Positions 8,601-16,153 of a stretch of DNA of 24,000 nucleotides are shown in pieces. Positions within the stretch are counted from its first letter, which is position 1; every line of letters starts with the position of its first letter. The notes below the pieces were generated by a model. That model ran no database searches. It saw only the letters and a program-made list of their open reading frames with translations, and was not told the origin of the DNA. The position numbers were made by a program, and so were the translations under genes. Source of the DNA: Clostridium pasteurianum BC1. Its GTDB lineage: Bacteria; Bacillota; Clostridia; Clostridiales; Clostridiaceae. The stretch covers positions 3,613,925-3,637,924 of the forward strand of contig NC_021182.1 in assembly GCF_000389635.1 (NCBI RefSeq), in the 5' to 3' direction.

Positions 8601-9050
8601 ACCTATTTTAGATTTATATTTCTCAAGAAATTTTTCTTCAACTACAGCTTCTCTATCATTTTTAGCTGTTCTCCCCTTAAGAATATTTATTTTATTCATA
8701 CTATCTTCTTTGGGTAATGAATTAACATTAAGTACTATTGAACGGTTATCCTTTTCAACTACTCCATCCATAGAATAAGAACCATCTGCCTTTGTTACAC
8801 CATTTAACTTTTCAATTTCCGCTATATCATCTTTAGTAATGCCAAGGGTAGAAATGACTTTAAAATCCATAAGATTATTTTTATAAAAATAATAATCTCC
8901 TGACTTTTTCATATCCGGACTAGTAGCTCTTACCCCTGCATAAAAAGATACACCAACAGTTATGATTATTACTATTGATAAAAACCTTGAAAAAGTCTTT
9001 TTTATATCTCTAAATAAATTTTTTAAAACCGTCTTTTTCATAATTACCAC
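5691..9050 (-). CDS. ABC transporter permease, fused double FtsX/MacB-type with a large coiled-coil extracytoplasmic insert
   Basis: 1119 aa with an N-terminal TM (FLSIVIIITVGVSFYAGV). The extracytoplasmic domain has a ~300-aa heptad-rich region (about aa 250-560). Then come an FtsX 3-TM block (GKAFPLIFFLVAALVSL...), a second TM, a second extracytoplasmic domain and a second FtsX block. The start may be GTG 9050 or ATG 9041, which lies 2 nt after the ATPase stop. Confidence 0.85.
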   Translation of the reverse strand: MVIMKKTVLKNLFRDIKKTFSRFLSIVIIITVGVSFYAGVRATSPDMKKSGDYYFYKNNLMDFKVISTLGITKDDIAEIEKLNGVTKADGSYSMDGVVEKDNRSIVLNVNSLPKEDSMNKINILKGRTAKNDREAVVEEKFLEKYKSKIGDKIVLQSDNDSDIKDKLKNNEFQIVGTAESPLYISAQRQLSSVGDGDVNGFVYIIPEDFKSDVYTEMYVRCNSEESKASLLSNDKYKNVTSGIEKELEGIGIKRNEIRYAQVLRDANDKIQAAEDKLGNSRREAEDKIAEGHRQLDDAKVKLEQGKSEFQENQISFDKKISYGEKQISQGKSQIEAAENEINSNTVDIQNGRLQLAKAKNQLTEAENKLNAGKQQAAASISEGMEVKVAEAKKYMDSLPINPVYIAQYNSLNEIYEKDIKGKDFDNMYDALNNDGAVKQLNEYFDIKSLKITFDKAYLDISSGRKQITAKNKLLQDGEARLAAGRAEIEENKKKIADSERELNKEKKEGIIKLNDANAQLVEGQKIIDENTQRLNSEESKTNSQINSGEAQLQRNRDKIKNIKKPEWYVLGRTLNVGYENYRQDSHRIDNIGKAFPLIFFLVAALVSLTTMARMVQENRIEIGTFKALGYSRLAIVSHYLIYSLLASVIGSVIGISFGFRLFPPLIMNAYSSLYTIPYALIPFNTKLAVESSLIAVLFTSLAAIAATLSELREVPASLMRPKPPKSGKVILLEKITFLWKRLSFTRKVTARNIFRYKQRFFMTVIGIAACTGLMITGFGLKEGITGAMNKQFSEIYKYNMQASFIKSIDSGEKNNIKNKIIKDNNMKSILFTYSKNASVNKKSGSEDVYIIVPENKGNLNKYINLTMKNNSLKLEDNGVIITEKLSKLINKKIGDSFQITINSKVINAKISAITEQYVQHYIYISSDYYKKIAGEDIQFNSFYGLLKDTSNSAQNNTSKILTDIDGIGSVSFKNNLQVNFNKGINSINSVVLVLIVSAGILAFVVIYNLTNININERKRELATIKVLGFYNNELAFYIYRENIILTIIGSLVGIIYGILINRLIISTAETNVMMFLKTINPIYLLYSAMLTILFSFVVNLVMYRRFDRIDMIESLKNAE

Positions 9051-9748
9051 TCTATGCTTTCTATGGATACTGGATTTGGATTTTTTTCTATATTTTCAAC
9101 CTTACCACTTTTCACAGTTATTACTTTATCTGCTATTGGTGCTATAGCCGAATTATGAGTTATAACTATTACAGTCATATTATATTTTTGTGATGTATCA
9201 ACTAATAATTTCAGTATAGCCTTACCTGTATTATAATCCAAAGCTCCTGTAGGCTCATCACATAGTAACAGTTTTGGATTTTTAGCCAATGCTCTAGCTA
9301 TGGATACTCTTTGCTGCTCTCCTCCTGAAAGCTGTGAAGGAAAATTATGTAATCTATCTTTCAGACCAACATTTCTAAGTACCTGTACCGCTTCCATTGG
9401 ATTTTTACATATTTCTGCTGCTAACTCTACATTTTCTACTGCATTTAAATTTTGCACTAAATTATAAAACTGAAACACAAAGCCTATATCTTCTCTTCTA
9501 TATTTTGTTAACATTTTTTTATTATATTTACTTATTTCATTTCCATCTACATAAATACTTCCTTCGGTGATATGATCCATGCCTCCTAGTAGATTGAGTA
9601 TAGTAGATTTTCCTGCTCCACTAGCACCAAGCACTATTACAAATTCTCCCTTATTTATAGAGAAGGAAACATCGTCCACAGCCTTAATAACTACTTCTCC
9701 CATGTTATAACTTTTCTTCACATTTTTTAGTTCTATGAAGCTTCTCAT
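9044..9748 (-). CDS. ABC transporter ATP-binding protein (MacB/LolD/FtsE-like)
   Basis: Walker [10 protein letters not shown], signature [15 protein letters not shown], Walker [13 protein letters not shown] and the H-loop ITHN. GGGGAG RBS. Abuts the permease gene. Confidence 0.92.
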   Translation of the reverse strand: MRSFIELKNVKKSYNMGEVVIKAVDDVSFSINKGEFVIVLGASGAGKSTILNLLGGMDHITEGSIYVDGNEISKYNKKMLTKYRREDIGFVFQFYNLVQNLNAVENVELAAEICKNPMEAVQVLRNVGLKDRLHNFPSQLSGGEQQRVSIARALAKNPKLLLCDEPTGALDYNTGKAILKLLVDTSQKYNMTVIVITHNSAIAPIADKVITVKSGKVENIEKNPNPVSIESIEW

Positions 9749-9953
9749 ATTACATTTCTCCCCACTCTTATGATGTATTCATCAATAATAAAATTCCTCA
9801 ACATTTACCTTATTATACTAGTCAATTTTAAAATGTAATTGATATCGTTCCCAATTATATGCAAGCTAACATAGGAAATTTAAAAGGGACTATCCTAAAT
9901 TTAATAAAATGTATAATTTTAATTGCAACCTATATACATAAAAAAGCACTAAT

Positions 9954-10004
9954 TATAAAAAAATTTGAGCTTAATGAAAGTCACTTCTCTCATTAAGCTC
10001 AAAT
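9954..10004 (-). terminator. Rho-independent terminator after rpiA
   Basis: Perfect 15-bp stem ATTTGAGCTTAATGA (9963..9977) / TCATTAAGCTCAAAT (9990..10004), followed on the minus strand by TTTTTTT. Confidence 0.85.
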
Positions 10005-10027
10005 TAGTTATCTCAGTATAAGTCTAA

Positions 10028-10708
10028 TCAATTTTTAGAAATTACTCTAGTACCTTCTTCATCAGTAATTAAAACCTTAGTAACTACTTTAGTAAATAAG
10101 GAAATATCAATAACTCCAGTAATATCATTTAAGTCCTGTTCAAGTTTTTCAATATTTTTTACATCCTTAAAAGCTACATCAATCAGGAAATTTCCACTTT
10201 CAGTTATCGTTCCTCCATCCTTAGCACTGCTGGTTCTAAGTGTTGGTATTCCACCTAATTCTTTAACCTTTCTTTCAACATATTTCAAAGAATCTGGTAT
10301 GGCTTCCAATACTACTGGATGTTTAAAGGTTAATGTTTTTGAAAATTTAGCTTTATCTACAAGTAGTATATAATTTTCAGACATACTTGCAATTAATTTT
10401 TCCCTAGTATGAATTCCACCACCACTTTTTAATGCATTTAAATTTTCATCCACTTCATCACAACCATCAAAGGCCACTGATACTTTATCCACAGAAAAAG
10501 TATGCAAAACTTCTAATCCATTTTCTATACAAAGCAATTTCGTTTTAAAGGAAGGCGTAACCACCTTAACTTTTAAAGCTTTGTTTTCCTTTATATAGCC
10601 TATTAGATGAGATATAGTACTACCTCCACCAAGACCTATTACTGTATCTGTTTTTATATATTTTAGAGCTTCTTTTGCACATTCTTTTTTTAAATCGTCA
10701 CCATTCAA
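10028..10708 (-). CDS. rpiA: ribose-5-phosphate isomerase A
   Basis: 226 aa with GLGGGST, FDGCDEVD and SGGGIHTREK motifs typical of RpiA. TTG start preceded by AAGGAGG with an 8-nt spacer. Confidence 0.88.
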   Translation of the reverse strand: MNGDDLKKECAKEALKYIKTDTVIGLGGGSTISHLIGYIKENKALKVKVVTPSFKTKLLCIENGLEVLHTFSVDKVSVAFDGCDEVDENLNALKSGGGIHTREKLIASMSENYILLVDKAKFSKTLTFKHPVVLEAIPDSLKYVERKVKELGGIPTLRTSSAKDGGTITESGNFLIDVAFKDVKNIEKLEQDLNDITGVIDISLFTKVVTKVLITDEEGTRVISKN

Positions 10709-10755
10709 CTGTTTTTCCTCCTTAATCTAAAAATTCTATTTATATTCTATAATTC

Positions 10756-10784
10756 ATAATAGTATAATATTATTTTTTCGTCAA
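10756..10784 (-). promoter_or_regulatory. sigma-A-type promoter for rpiA (TTGACG-17-TATTAT)
   Basis: On the minus strand, TTGACG is at 10784..10779, then a 17-nt spacer, then TATTAT at 10761..10756, about 45 nt upstream of the start codon. Confidence 0.55.
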
Positions 10785-10860
10785 CACTTTTTATATGAAA
10801 TTAAATTTCATATTCTATGATTTTTTTATATAAATTTATTTTTTAATTTATGTATATACT

Positions 10861-10913
10861 AAAAAACATTACTAAAAGCTATTGTAATTTACAACAATAA
10901 TTTTTTAATAATG
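10861..10913 (-). terminator. terminator after the DJ-1/PfpI gene
   Basis: On the minus strand, CATTATTAAAA...TTTTAGTAATG forms an imperfect long hairpin (one mismatch) with an inner ATTGT/ACAAT helix. TTTTTT follows. Confidence 0.55.
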
Positions 10914-10920
10914 TCTTTAA

Positions 10921-11640
10921 TTAACTTTCTGTTAATCTTTTTACTATGACCTTACAAATAAAATGTACATCAACGGGCCAACGTGCTGAGATAATTTGGT
11001 TATCTTCAACGCAAAAAGGATTAGTCAAGGATTTTCCCCTTATAAAATCCTTCTTATTTTTTAATACCCTAATTATTTCATCTTCTACATATTCAGGATA
11101 TGTACGATAGTAGGTTCCAAGTTTCCAGAAGGTAGCGTAATATGCACCTCTCTCTAATATTTTTGGCAAAGCACTGATTTTATGGCCATATAAAATACTT
11201 TTGCCTGTTTTTGGATCAATTGTTCTTGCAAGTATAATAGGTCCATGACAAATAGCTCCTATTAATTTCTTTTGTTTATAAAAACTCAATACTTTTTCTC
11301 TTAATATTTCACTTTCTAAATACTGACGCATTTCCTTTGCATGTCCACCCGGTAAATAAATGCAGTCATAATCATTAACAGTAATATCTGAATATTGAAT
11401 AGGTTTAAGAAATTCAGAGGCCTCATTAAGTTGTTCATAGGCGCTTATTGCTTCTGGTTTTGCTCCTAATTTACCAAAAATAACACCACTTAAAAGTAGC
11501 GGATCAGCTTTTCCTATTTTACCTGTCTCCGTACTAAAAGTAACTTGAAATCCATTTTCATAAAAATCCCTCCATGCTACAGCTACTTCTGTAGGACAGA
11601 AACCTTCATCTGGTATGGGAATCAAAATTTTTTTATTCAT
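10921..11640 (-). CDS. DJ-1/PfpI (class I glutamine amidotransferase-like) family protein
   Basis: 239 aa. The nucleophile-elbow motif IGAICHGP follows YLPGGHA. AAGGGGG RBS. Lies 47 nt downstream of the gldA-like gene. Confidence 0.8.
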   Translation of the reverse strand: MNKKILIPIPDEGFCPTEVAVAWRDFYENGFQVTFSTETGKIGKADPLLLSGVIFGKLGAKPEAISAYEQLNEASEFLKPIQYSDITVNDYDCIYLPGGHAKEMRQYLESEILREKVLSFYKQKKLIGAICHGPIILARTIDPKTGKSILYGHKISALPKILERGAYYATFWKLGTYYRTYPEYVEDEIIRVLKNKKDFIRGKSLTNPFCVEDNQIISARWPVDVHFICKVIVKRLTES

Positions 11641-11687
11641 AATCTACACCCCCTTAGTTTTCACAAATGTAAAAATCTAAGTGTGAT

Positions 11688-12776
11688 TTACAAGGCTTTT
11701 GTATATTTATAATCATATTTCTCCAATTCCAAGATTGAATCCTCTATCATTTTATAAGTAATTTCATAAGGTACATGAACTATATCTCCTGTTTGTGAGG
11801 CTTTATTGATTACTGGTTCCAGTTCCTCTTTTGTAACCTCCAGATCTGCAAGTCTTGTTGGTAAACCTACACTCCTGCAGAACTTGTACACTTTATCTAG
11901 TTCATCAAATTGTTTATCGCACAATAGCAATACCAATACGCCATAGGCAACAACTTCTCCATGTAAGTGATTTTTTTCAATCTGTTTTAATACTGTCATA
12001 CCATAGTATATAGAATGAGCAAGACAGCTATTGTAATCATTAATAACAAGATTGGAAACAAGCCCTGTACTAATAATAATGTCAAGAGCAACCTGTTCTA
12101 ATTCATAACTTGCAATATTTGCTTTGCAGTCCTCTAAAGCCTTTTTACCATTCTTCAACAAAGGCTCCGTACATATTTTACTAATTTGAACTCCTAATGC
12201 ATTGAAATGCTCAAGTTCATCATTACGAGAGGAAAAAGTGCATTCATATTTTTTGCTTAAAGCATCACCAATACCTGCCCATAGAAATACTTTAGGTGCT
12301 TCTGCAATTATTTGGGTACATATAAAAGTGTGATTAGCTGGTTTATCTCTAAAATACAACTCTTTAAAAACACCTTTATTATCATACATAACACATACGG
12401 ATGTACAAGGTGCACAGTTGGAAGCAATGGTAGGAAAGGTAAATATAGGTTTATTTAAATGATGCGCAAGCACTTTACAAGTATCTATCGCACGACCACC
12501 ACCAACAGCAAATATCATATCTGCTTTATGTGCTAAAGGATTCTCTTTTAACATTTCAACATTTTCAAAAGAAGAGTCTCCGCCATACCAAATGAAATCC
12601 AGAATTTCAAGTGTGCTGTCTTTAACAGCAGTTTTTATCTTTTCCTTTGCTTTTTCCATAGCAGTTTTGCCACCAATAACAACTACAGTTTTACCGTAAC
12701 TTGGACAGAGTTCCTTTATTTTATCATAAACATCTGTTCCTATACTGTAACTTGGTAAAAAAACACTATAACTCAT
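11688..12776 (-). CDS. iron-containing (group III) alcohol dehydrogenase, glycerol dehydrogenase-like
   Basis: VGGGRAIDTCK glycine-rich motif, metal-ligand region D...H...HG (LAHSIYYGM...LHGEVVAYG). Size and order are typical of GldA. The ORF track starts at 12785, but AGAGGGA lies 8 nt before ATG 12776 (MSYSVFLPS...), which I prefer. Confidence 0.82.
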   Translation of the reverse strand: MSYSVFLPSYSIGTDVYDKIKELCPSYGKTVVVIGGKTAMEKAKEKIKTAVKDSTLEILDFIWYGGDSSFENVEMLKENPLAHKADMIFAVGGGRAIDTCKVLAHHLNKPIFTFPTIASNCAPCTSVCVMYDNKGVFKELYFRDKPANHTFICTQIIAEAPKVFLWAGIGDALSKKYECTFSSRNDELEHFNALGVQISKICTEPLLKNGKKALEDCKANIASYELEQVALDIIISTGLVSNLVINDYNSCLAHSIYYGMTVLKQIEKNHLHGEVVAYGVLVLLLCDKQFDELDKVYKFCRSVGLPTRLADLEVTKEELEPVINKASQTGDIVHVPYEITYKMIEDSILELEKYDYKYTKAL

Positions 12777-12888
12777 ATTAATCATCCCTCTATTATTTTT
12801 AATTAACTACTAATTTTTAATACTTTATTTGTAATAAAATTTGTTTTTCAGAAATTTAAAATTATTAATTTATCTTACTCACATAATT

Positions 12889-12917
12889 ATTATAACTAAT
12901 TCATATTTGTATTACAA
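12889..12917 (-). promoter_or_regulatory. sigma-A-type promoter for the gldA-like/DJ-1 pair (TTGTAA-17-TATAAT)
   Basis: On the minus strand, TTGTAA is at 12917..12912, then a 17-nt spacer, then TATAAT at 12894..12889. The -35 abuts the distal edge of repeat copy B. Confidence 0.55.
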
Positions 12918-12932
12918 CTTAAGTGGGGCTGC

Positions 12933-13036
12933 CTCAAAAGGAATAAATATTCATTAAATTTGAGAACGTCCTCATTTATTTGTTAAAAATCAGATTTTAA
13001 TAATTATTTTTAGTAGTAAAATAGTTAAGAAGCTGC
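12933..13036. repeat. intergenic repeat, copy B (partner at 5533..5634)
   Basis: See copy A. It has the same orientation and the same context: immediately 3' of a minus-strand gene's terminator and 5' of the next minus-strand operon. Confidence 0.75.
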
Positions 13037-13079
13037 TTCACAATGTATAGATATATTGTGAAACAGCCCCTCTTTTTTT
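13032..13079. terminator. bidirectional terminator after the GGDEF/HD-GYP gene
   Basis: Stem GCTG-c-TTCACAAT (13032..13044) / ATTGTGAA-a-CAGC (13055..13067). The plus strand continues CCCTCTTTTTTT and the minus strand continues TTCTTAACTATTTT. Confidence 0.75.
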
Positions 13080-14766
13080 AATAATTAATATTATCTTTAT
13101 TTTCTTTAATAACTTCTATAAATGCATTAGCAATAGAAGGATCAAATTGAGTACCGCTGCATTTCTTTAATTCTCCCATTGCTTCGTCATAAGTTTTTAC
13201 CTTTGAATATGGCCTGTTAGATGTCATGGCATCAAAACTATCCACAACTGTCAAAGCCCTGGCAAGATAGGGTATATTCTCTCCTTTTAGGTTTCCAGGA
13301 TAACCCTTCCCATCATATCTTTCATGGTGATGTAATATTAGTGGAGAAATATTCTTCAGTGATTCAACAGGCTTTATAATTTCCACTCCATTTTCCGGGT
13401 GCTGCTTTAATATTTCCCATTGTTCTTTAGTCAATGGCATCTTTTTAATCAAAATTTCTTTTGAAATATTGATTTTACCAATATCATGCATATAAGCTCC
13501 ATATATTAGTTTTTTCTTATCTTCCTCACTAAGTTTAAGTTTATCTGCAAGTAATCTGCTATAAATAACTACCCTTTCAACATGACCGTAAGTATATCTA
13601 TCTTTTGCATTAATAACACTTATTAATGTCTTTATAGACGTAACAAGATCTATATGCCTATCTTCTATGTCCTCTTTTAACTCATCCAGTATAGAATGAT
13701 AGGTTTCAACTCTGTTTTTATTAAAGAATTTAGCTCTATAAAGTGCATCATCTGCGCTCTTTATAAGTTCAACATCACTCTTAGCTTTATCAGGAAAAGT
13801 AGATATCCCTATTGAGGCAGTTAGCTTCCCTTTTGGCTGATTTTCTTCACCATCAAAATGAGTCTCCTCAATTTTACATCTTATATTTTCAGCTATTTTT
13901 ATTCCATCCTCTTCTGAGGTATCAGGCAGTATAATAGCAAATTCCTCTCCACCATATCTTGCTGCAACATCCCCATCTCTCACATTGTTCTTTAACAATA
14001 ATCCTATAATTTTAAGCACCTCATCACCCTTTTGATGTCCATATAAGTCATTATAATTTTTGAAATGATCTATATCTATAAATATCAACGAAATAGGCTT
14101 ATTATCCTTTTCATATGATGTTACTTTCTCTCTTAAAGCCTCGTGAAAATACCTATGGTTGTACACTTCAGTAAGTCCATCTTCATTTGCCAGGCTTTCA
14201 AGTTTCTTGATATGGTCACTTTCAGTTTTTACATAGAACCCAAGAGGCCATGCTGTAAGTATAAAAACACCCGCCATTATCAAATCTTTTTCAAAATATA
14301 TATTTTCACCTGAATAGGGACCATATACTAGGTCTACTATTAATACTATGATTGAAGAAATACAGGCAATTATTACTCCTTGCTTTATTCCAGATTGTAT
14401 AGTCGTGGTTATTATAATAAATAAAAATAAAAATTTAAATTCACTTTTATGTGCACCTGTAAGAAATACAATAACAAAGAATATTAAAACAAATGAATAA
14501 TTTTCAATTATCTGAATTCTAGCAACGTATTTTTCATTAAATTTCTTAGTGGTAGAAAATGCCCATATAGAGTAAACCAGAGTTAATACAAGTACTCCAA
14601 ATAAGATTACATCTATTGTTAATGTATAATTAAAATTACTTATATTTATTTTATACTTATTAAAAATAAAGTTATAGAATCCCATACCTGAAAATAATAG
14701 CGAAGTTAATTTTACTACAGATACTATATCATTTATCTGCTTTCTTTTATTATCAATTTTATTCAT
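13078..14766 (-). CDS. membrane-anchored bifunctional c-di-GMP enzyme: 6-TM sensor + GGDEF diguanylate cyclase + HD-GYP phosphodiesterase
   Basis: About 180 aa with six hydrophobic spans. The GGDEF domain has RYGGEEF and an RxxD I-site (RDGD) five residues upstream. The C-terminal HD-GYP domain has HDIGK and HHERYDGKGYP. Confidence 0.88.
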   Translation of the reverse strand: MNKIDNKRKQINDIVSVVKLTSLLFSGMGFYNFIFNKYKINISNFNYTLTIDVILFGVLVLTLVYSIWAFSTTKKFNEKYVARIQIIENYSFVLIFFVIVFLTGAHKSEFKFLFLFIIITTTIQSGIKQGVIIACISSIIVLIVDLVYGPYSGENIYFEKDLIMAGVFILTAWPLGFYVKTESDHIKKLESLANEDGLTEVYNHRYFHEALREKVTSYEKDNKPISLIFIDIDHFKNYNDLYGHQKGDEVLKIIGLLLKNNVRDGDVAARYGGEEFAIILPDTSEEDGIKIAENIRCKIEETHFDGEENQPKGKLTASIGISTFPDKAKSDVELIKSADDALYRAKFFNKNRVETYHSILDELKEDIEDRHIDLVTSIKTLISVINAKDRYTYGHVERVVIYSRLLADKLKLSEEDKKKLIYGAYMHDIGKINISKEILIKKMPLTKEQWEILKQHPENGVEIIKPVESLKNISPLILHHHERYDGKGYPGNLKGENIPYLARALTVVDSFDAMTSNRPYSKVKTYDEAMGELKKCSGTQFDPSIANAFIEVIKENKDNINY

Positions 14767-14788
14767 ACTTTCACTACCTTATATTAAT

Positions 14789-14821
14789 CTAAAAATAGTA
14801 AGGCCGGTAAAACCGACCCCT
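14789..14821 (-). terminator. weak, strand-specific hairpin/attenuator between agrD and the GGDEF/HD-GYP gene
   Basis: The minus-strand RNA GGUCGG-UUUUA-CCGGCC forms 6 bp including one G-U pair, extendable by G-U pairs, followed by UUACUAUUUUU. On the plus strand the same position is a C-A mismatch. Confidence 0.4.
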
Positions 14822-14823
14822 CT

Positions 14824-14949
14824 TTACTCTTCTCTTAAGCATTTTGGTTCTTCTGGCTGATAAAAAAATATAAAGCATGCTGATGAAGCTACCACAGCAG
14901 CAACTACAGTTGCAACAGAAGCAAGCAAAGTTAATAATCTTTTTTTCAT
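14824..14949 (-). CDS. agrD: AgrD autoinducing-peptide precursor (41 aa)
   Basis: Not in the ORF track. ATG 14949..14947 lies 1 nt after the agrB stop, with AAGGAGG inside the agrB 3' end. Translation is MKKRLLTLLASVATVVAAVVASSACFIFFYQPEEPKCLREE. That is an amphipathic leader, a Cys-containing core and an acidic PEEPK tail, very close to clostridial AgrD as I recall it (C. perfringens ...TSACLWFTHQPEEPKSLRDE). Confidence 0.85.
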   Translation of the reverse strand: MKKRLLTLLASVATVVAAVVASSACFIFFYQPEEPKCLREE

Positions 14950-14950
14950 T

Positions 14951-15613
14951 TTAATTACCTCCTTTTTTAATTATTAATATATGATTTGAAAAAGCATCGA
15001 TTTTATTCATTGTGCTATGTCCAACTCTAGTAAGAGTAAATATCTGCCAAGCTGTACCTCCATATATGCATAGAGAATAAATCAAAAACCTCGTATCTCT
15101 GAAGAAAATATAGATAGCAACATTAATCACAACAATTATCATGTAAGTACTTAAAACAAAAGCAGACCATTTTTTCATCCTGATTTTTTTTTCCTTTGTT
15201 TTTATTGGTTTTGCTGGACTGTCTATCGGAGCTAATTTATAAATTAAATAATAAGACCATACAAAAATCACAATGCCTAGAAATAACAATAATTTAAGAT
15301 TAATTACAGAACCAAATAAATATAATAACAGCAATGCTTGTCCAATACAAATAATAGTACCTATAGTAGCACATTTACCTGGGGAACTTGCATGAGCACC
15401 ACCAGAATATTTTCTCAGTATGCTCCCCGAAAAGCAAACAATAAGTGCCTCTATTGTAACATGAAACATGAGACCAAAAATAATAACAAGAATTATAGAT
15501 AGAGCTATATGAATTAAAGCAAACATCCCATAGGCAATTATCTCTCTACTATTATTATCAAGCTTTAATTCTGCTGCAACTTTATTAGCAATATTATTCG
15601 TTAACTTTTCCAT
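14951..15613 (-). CDS. agrB: AgrB, AgrD-processing membrane endopeptidase
   Basis: 220 aa and polytopic. The conserved segment LRKYSGGAHASSPGKCATIGT carries the catalytic His/Cys pair pattern of AgrB. It lies directly upstream of agrD. Confidence 0.88.
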   Translation of the reverse strand: MEKLTNNIANKVAAELKLDNNSREIIAYGMFALIHIALSIILVIIFGLMFHVTIEALIVCFSGSILRKYSGGAHASSPGKCATIGTIICIGQALLLLYLFGSVINLKLLLFLGIVIFVWSYYLIYKLAPIDSPAKPIKTKEKKIRMKKWSAFVLSTYMIIVVINVAIYIFFRDTRFLIYSLCIYGGTAWQIFTLTRVGHSTMNKIDAFSNHILIIKKGGN

Positions 15614-16082
15614 ATGAAATATATTTCAACTCTTTTCTTTTACATAATCTAATATAATACACTATTACTATACAACCAAAAATCAGCAATGATGGGCTAT
15701 TATATAATATTTTTAATATTTGATCTCTAAAAAGAAAATTTAAATCTTTTCCCAATATAAACTGAAGAAAAAAAATATTTACTAATTCACATATAAACTC
15801 AAGAAGCATTATGACAATACATACTTTGATAGATTGAATAACAGGAAATCCATTTGCAAAAATTGCCAATGTAATAAAAACAATTAGGTTTAGCATAGAA
15901 TCTGCTCCATTTTCAATTGGAAGAAGTCTAATAAGATATACAATAACAGATAGTAATATAACGGAAATTAAGTATCTGTTTAATTGAATCTTATTTTTTG
16001 TAAAGGCATAAGCTGCTAAAAATAATAATAATCCCTCAGGAATTCCTCTCATTATAAATTCTAAGAATGATACTTTTAACAT
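15594..16082 (-). CDS. small polytopic membrane protein (about 5 TM), unknown function, co-operonic with agrB
   Basis: 162 aa. GAGGAG RBS. Its 3' end overlaps the agrB start by 20 nt. No terminator on either side. Confidence 0.75.
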   Translation of the reverse strand: MLKVSFLEFIMRGIPEGLLLFLAAYAFTKNKIQLNRYLISVILLSVIVYLIRLLPIENGADSMLNLIVFITLAIFANGFPVIQSIKVCIVIMLLEFICELVNIFFLQFILGKDLNFLFRDQILKILYNSPSLLIFGCIVIVYYIRLCKRKELKYISYGKVNE

Positions 16083-16153
16083 ATTCTTCTTCTCCTCAGT
16101 AAATCGTTAAAATCTTATTTTTTAAGACCAATATAAAATGTATTTTTAGGAAC

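Noticed and set aside
6237-9147. Plus-strand ORFs 6237..6437, 6700..7020, 8532..8717 and 8962..9147
   Set aside because: All are antisense shadows within the ABC permease/ATPase genes, with no translation signals.
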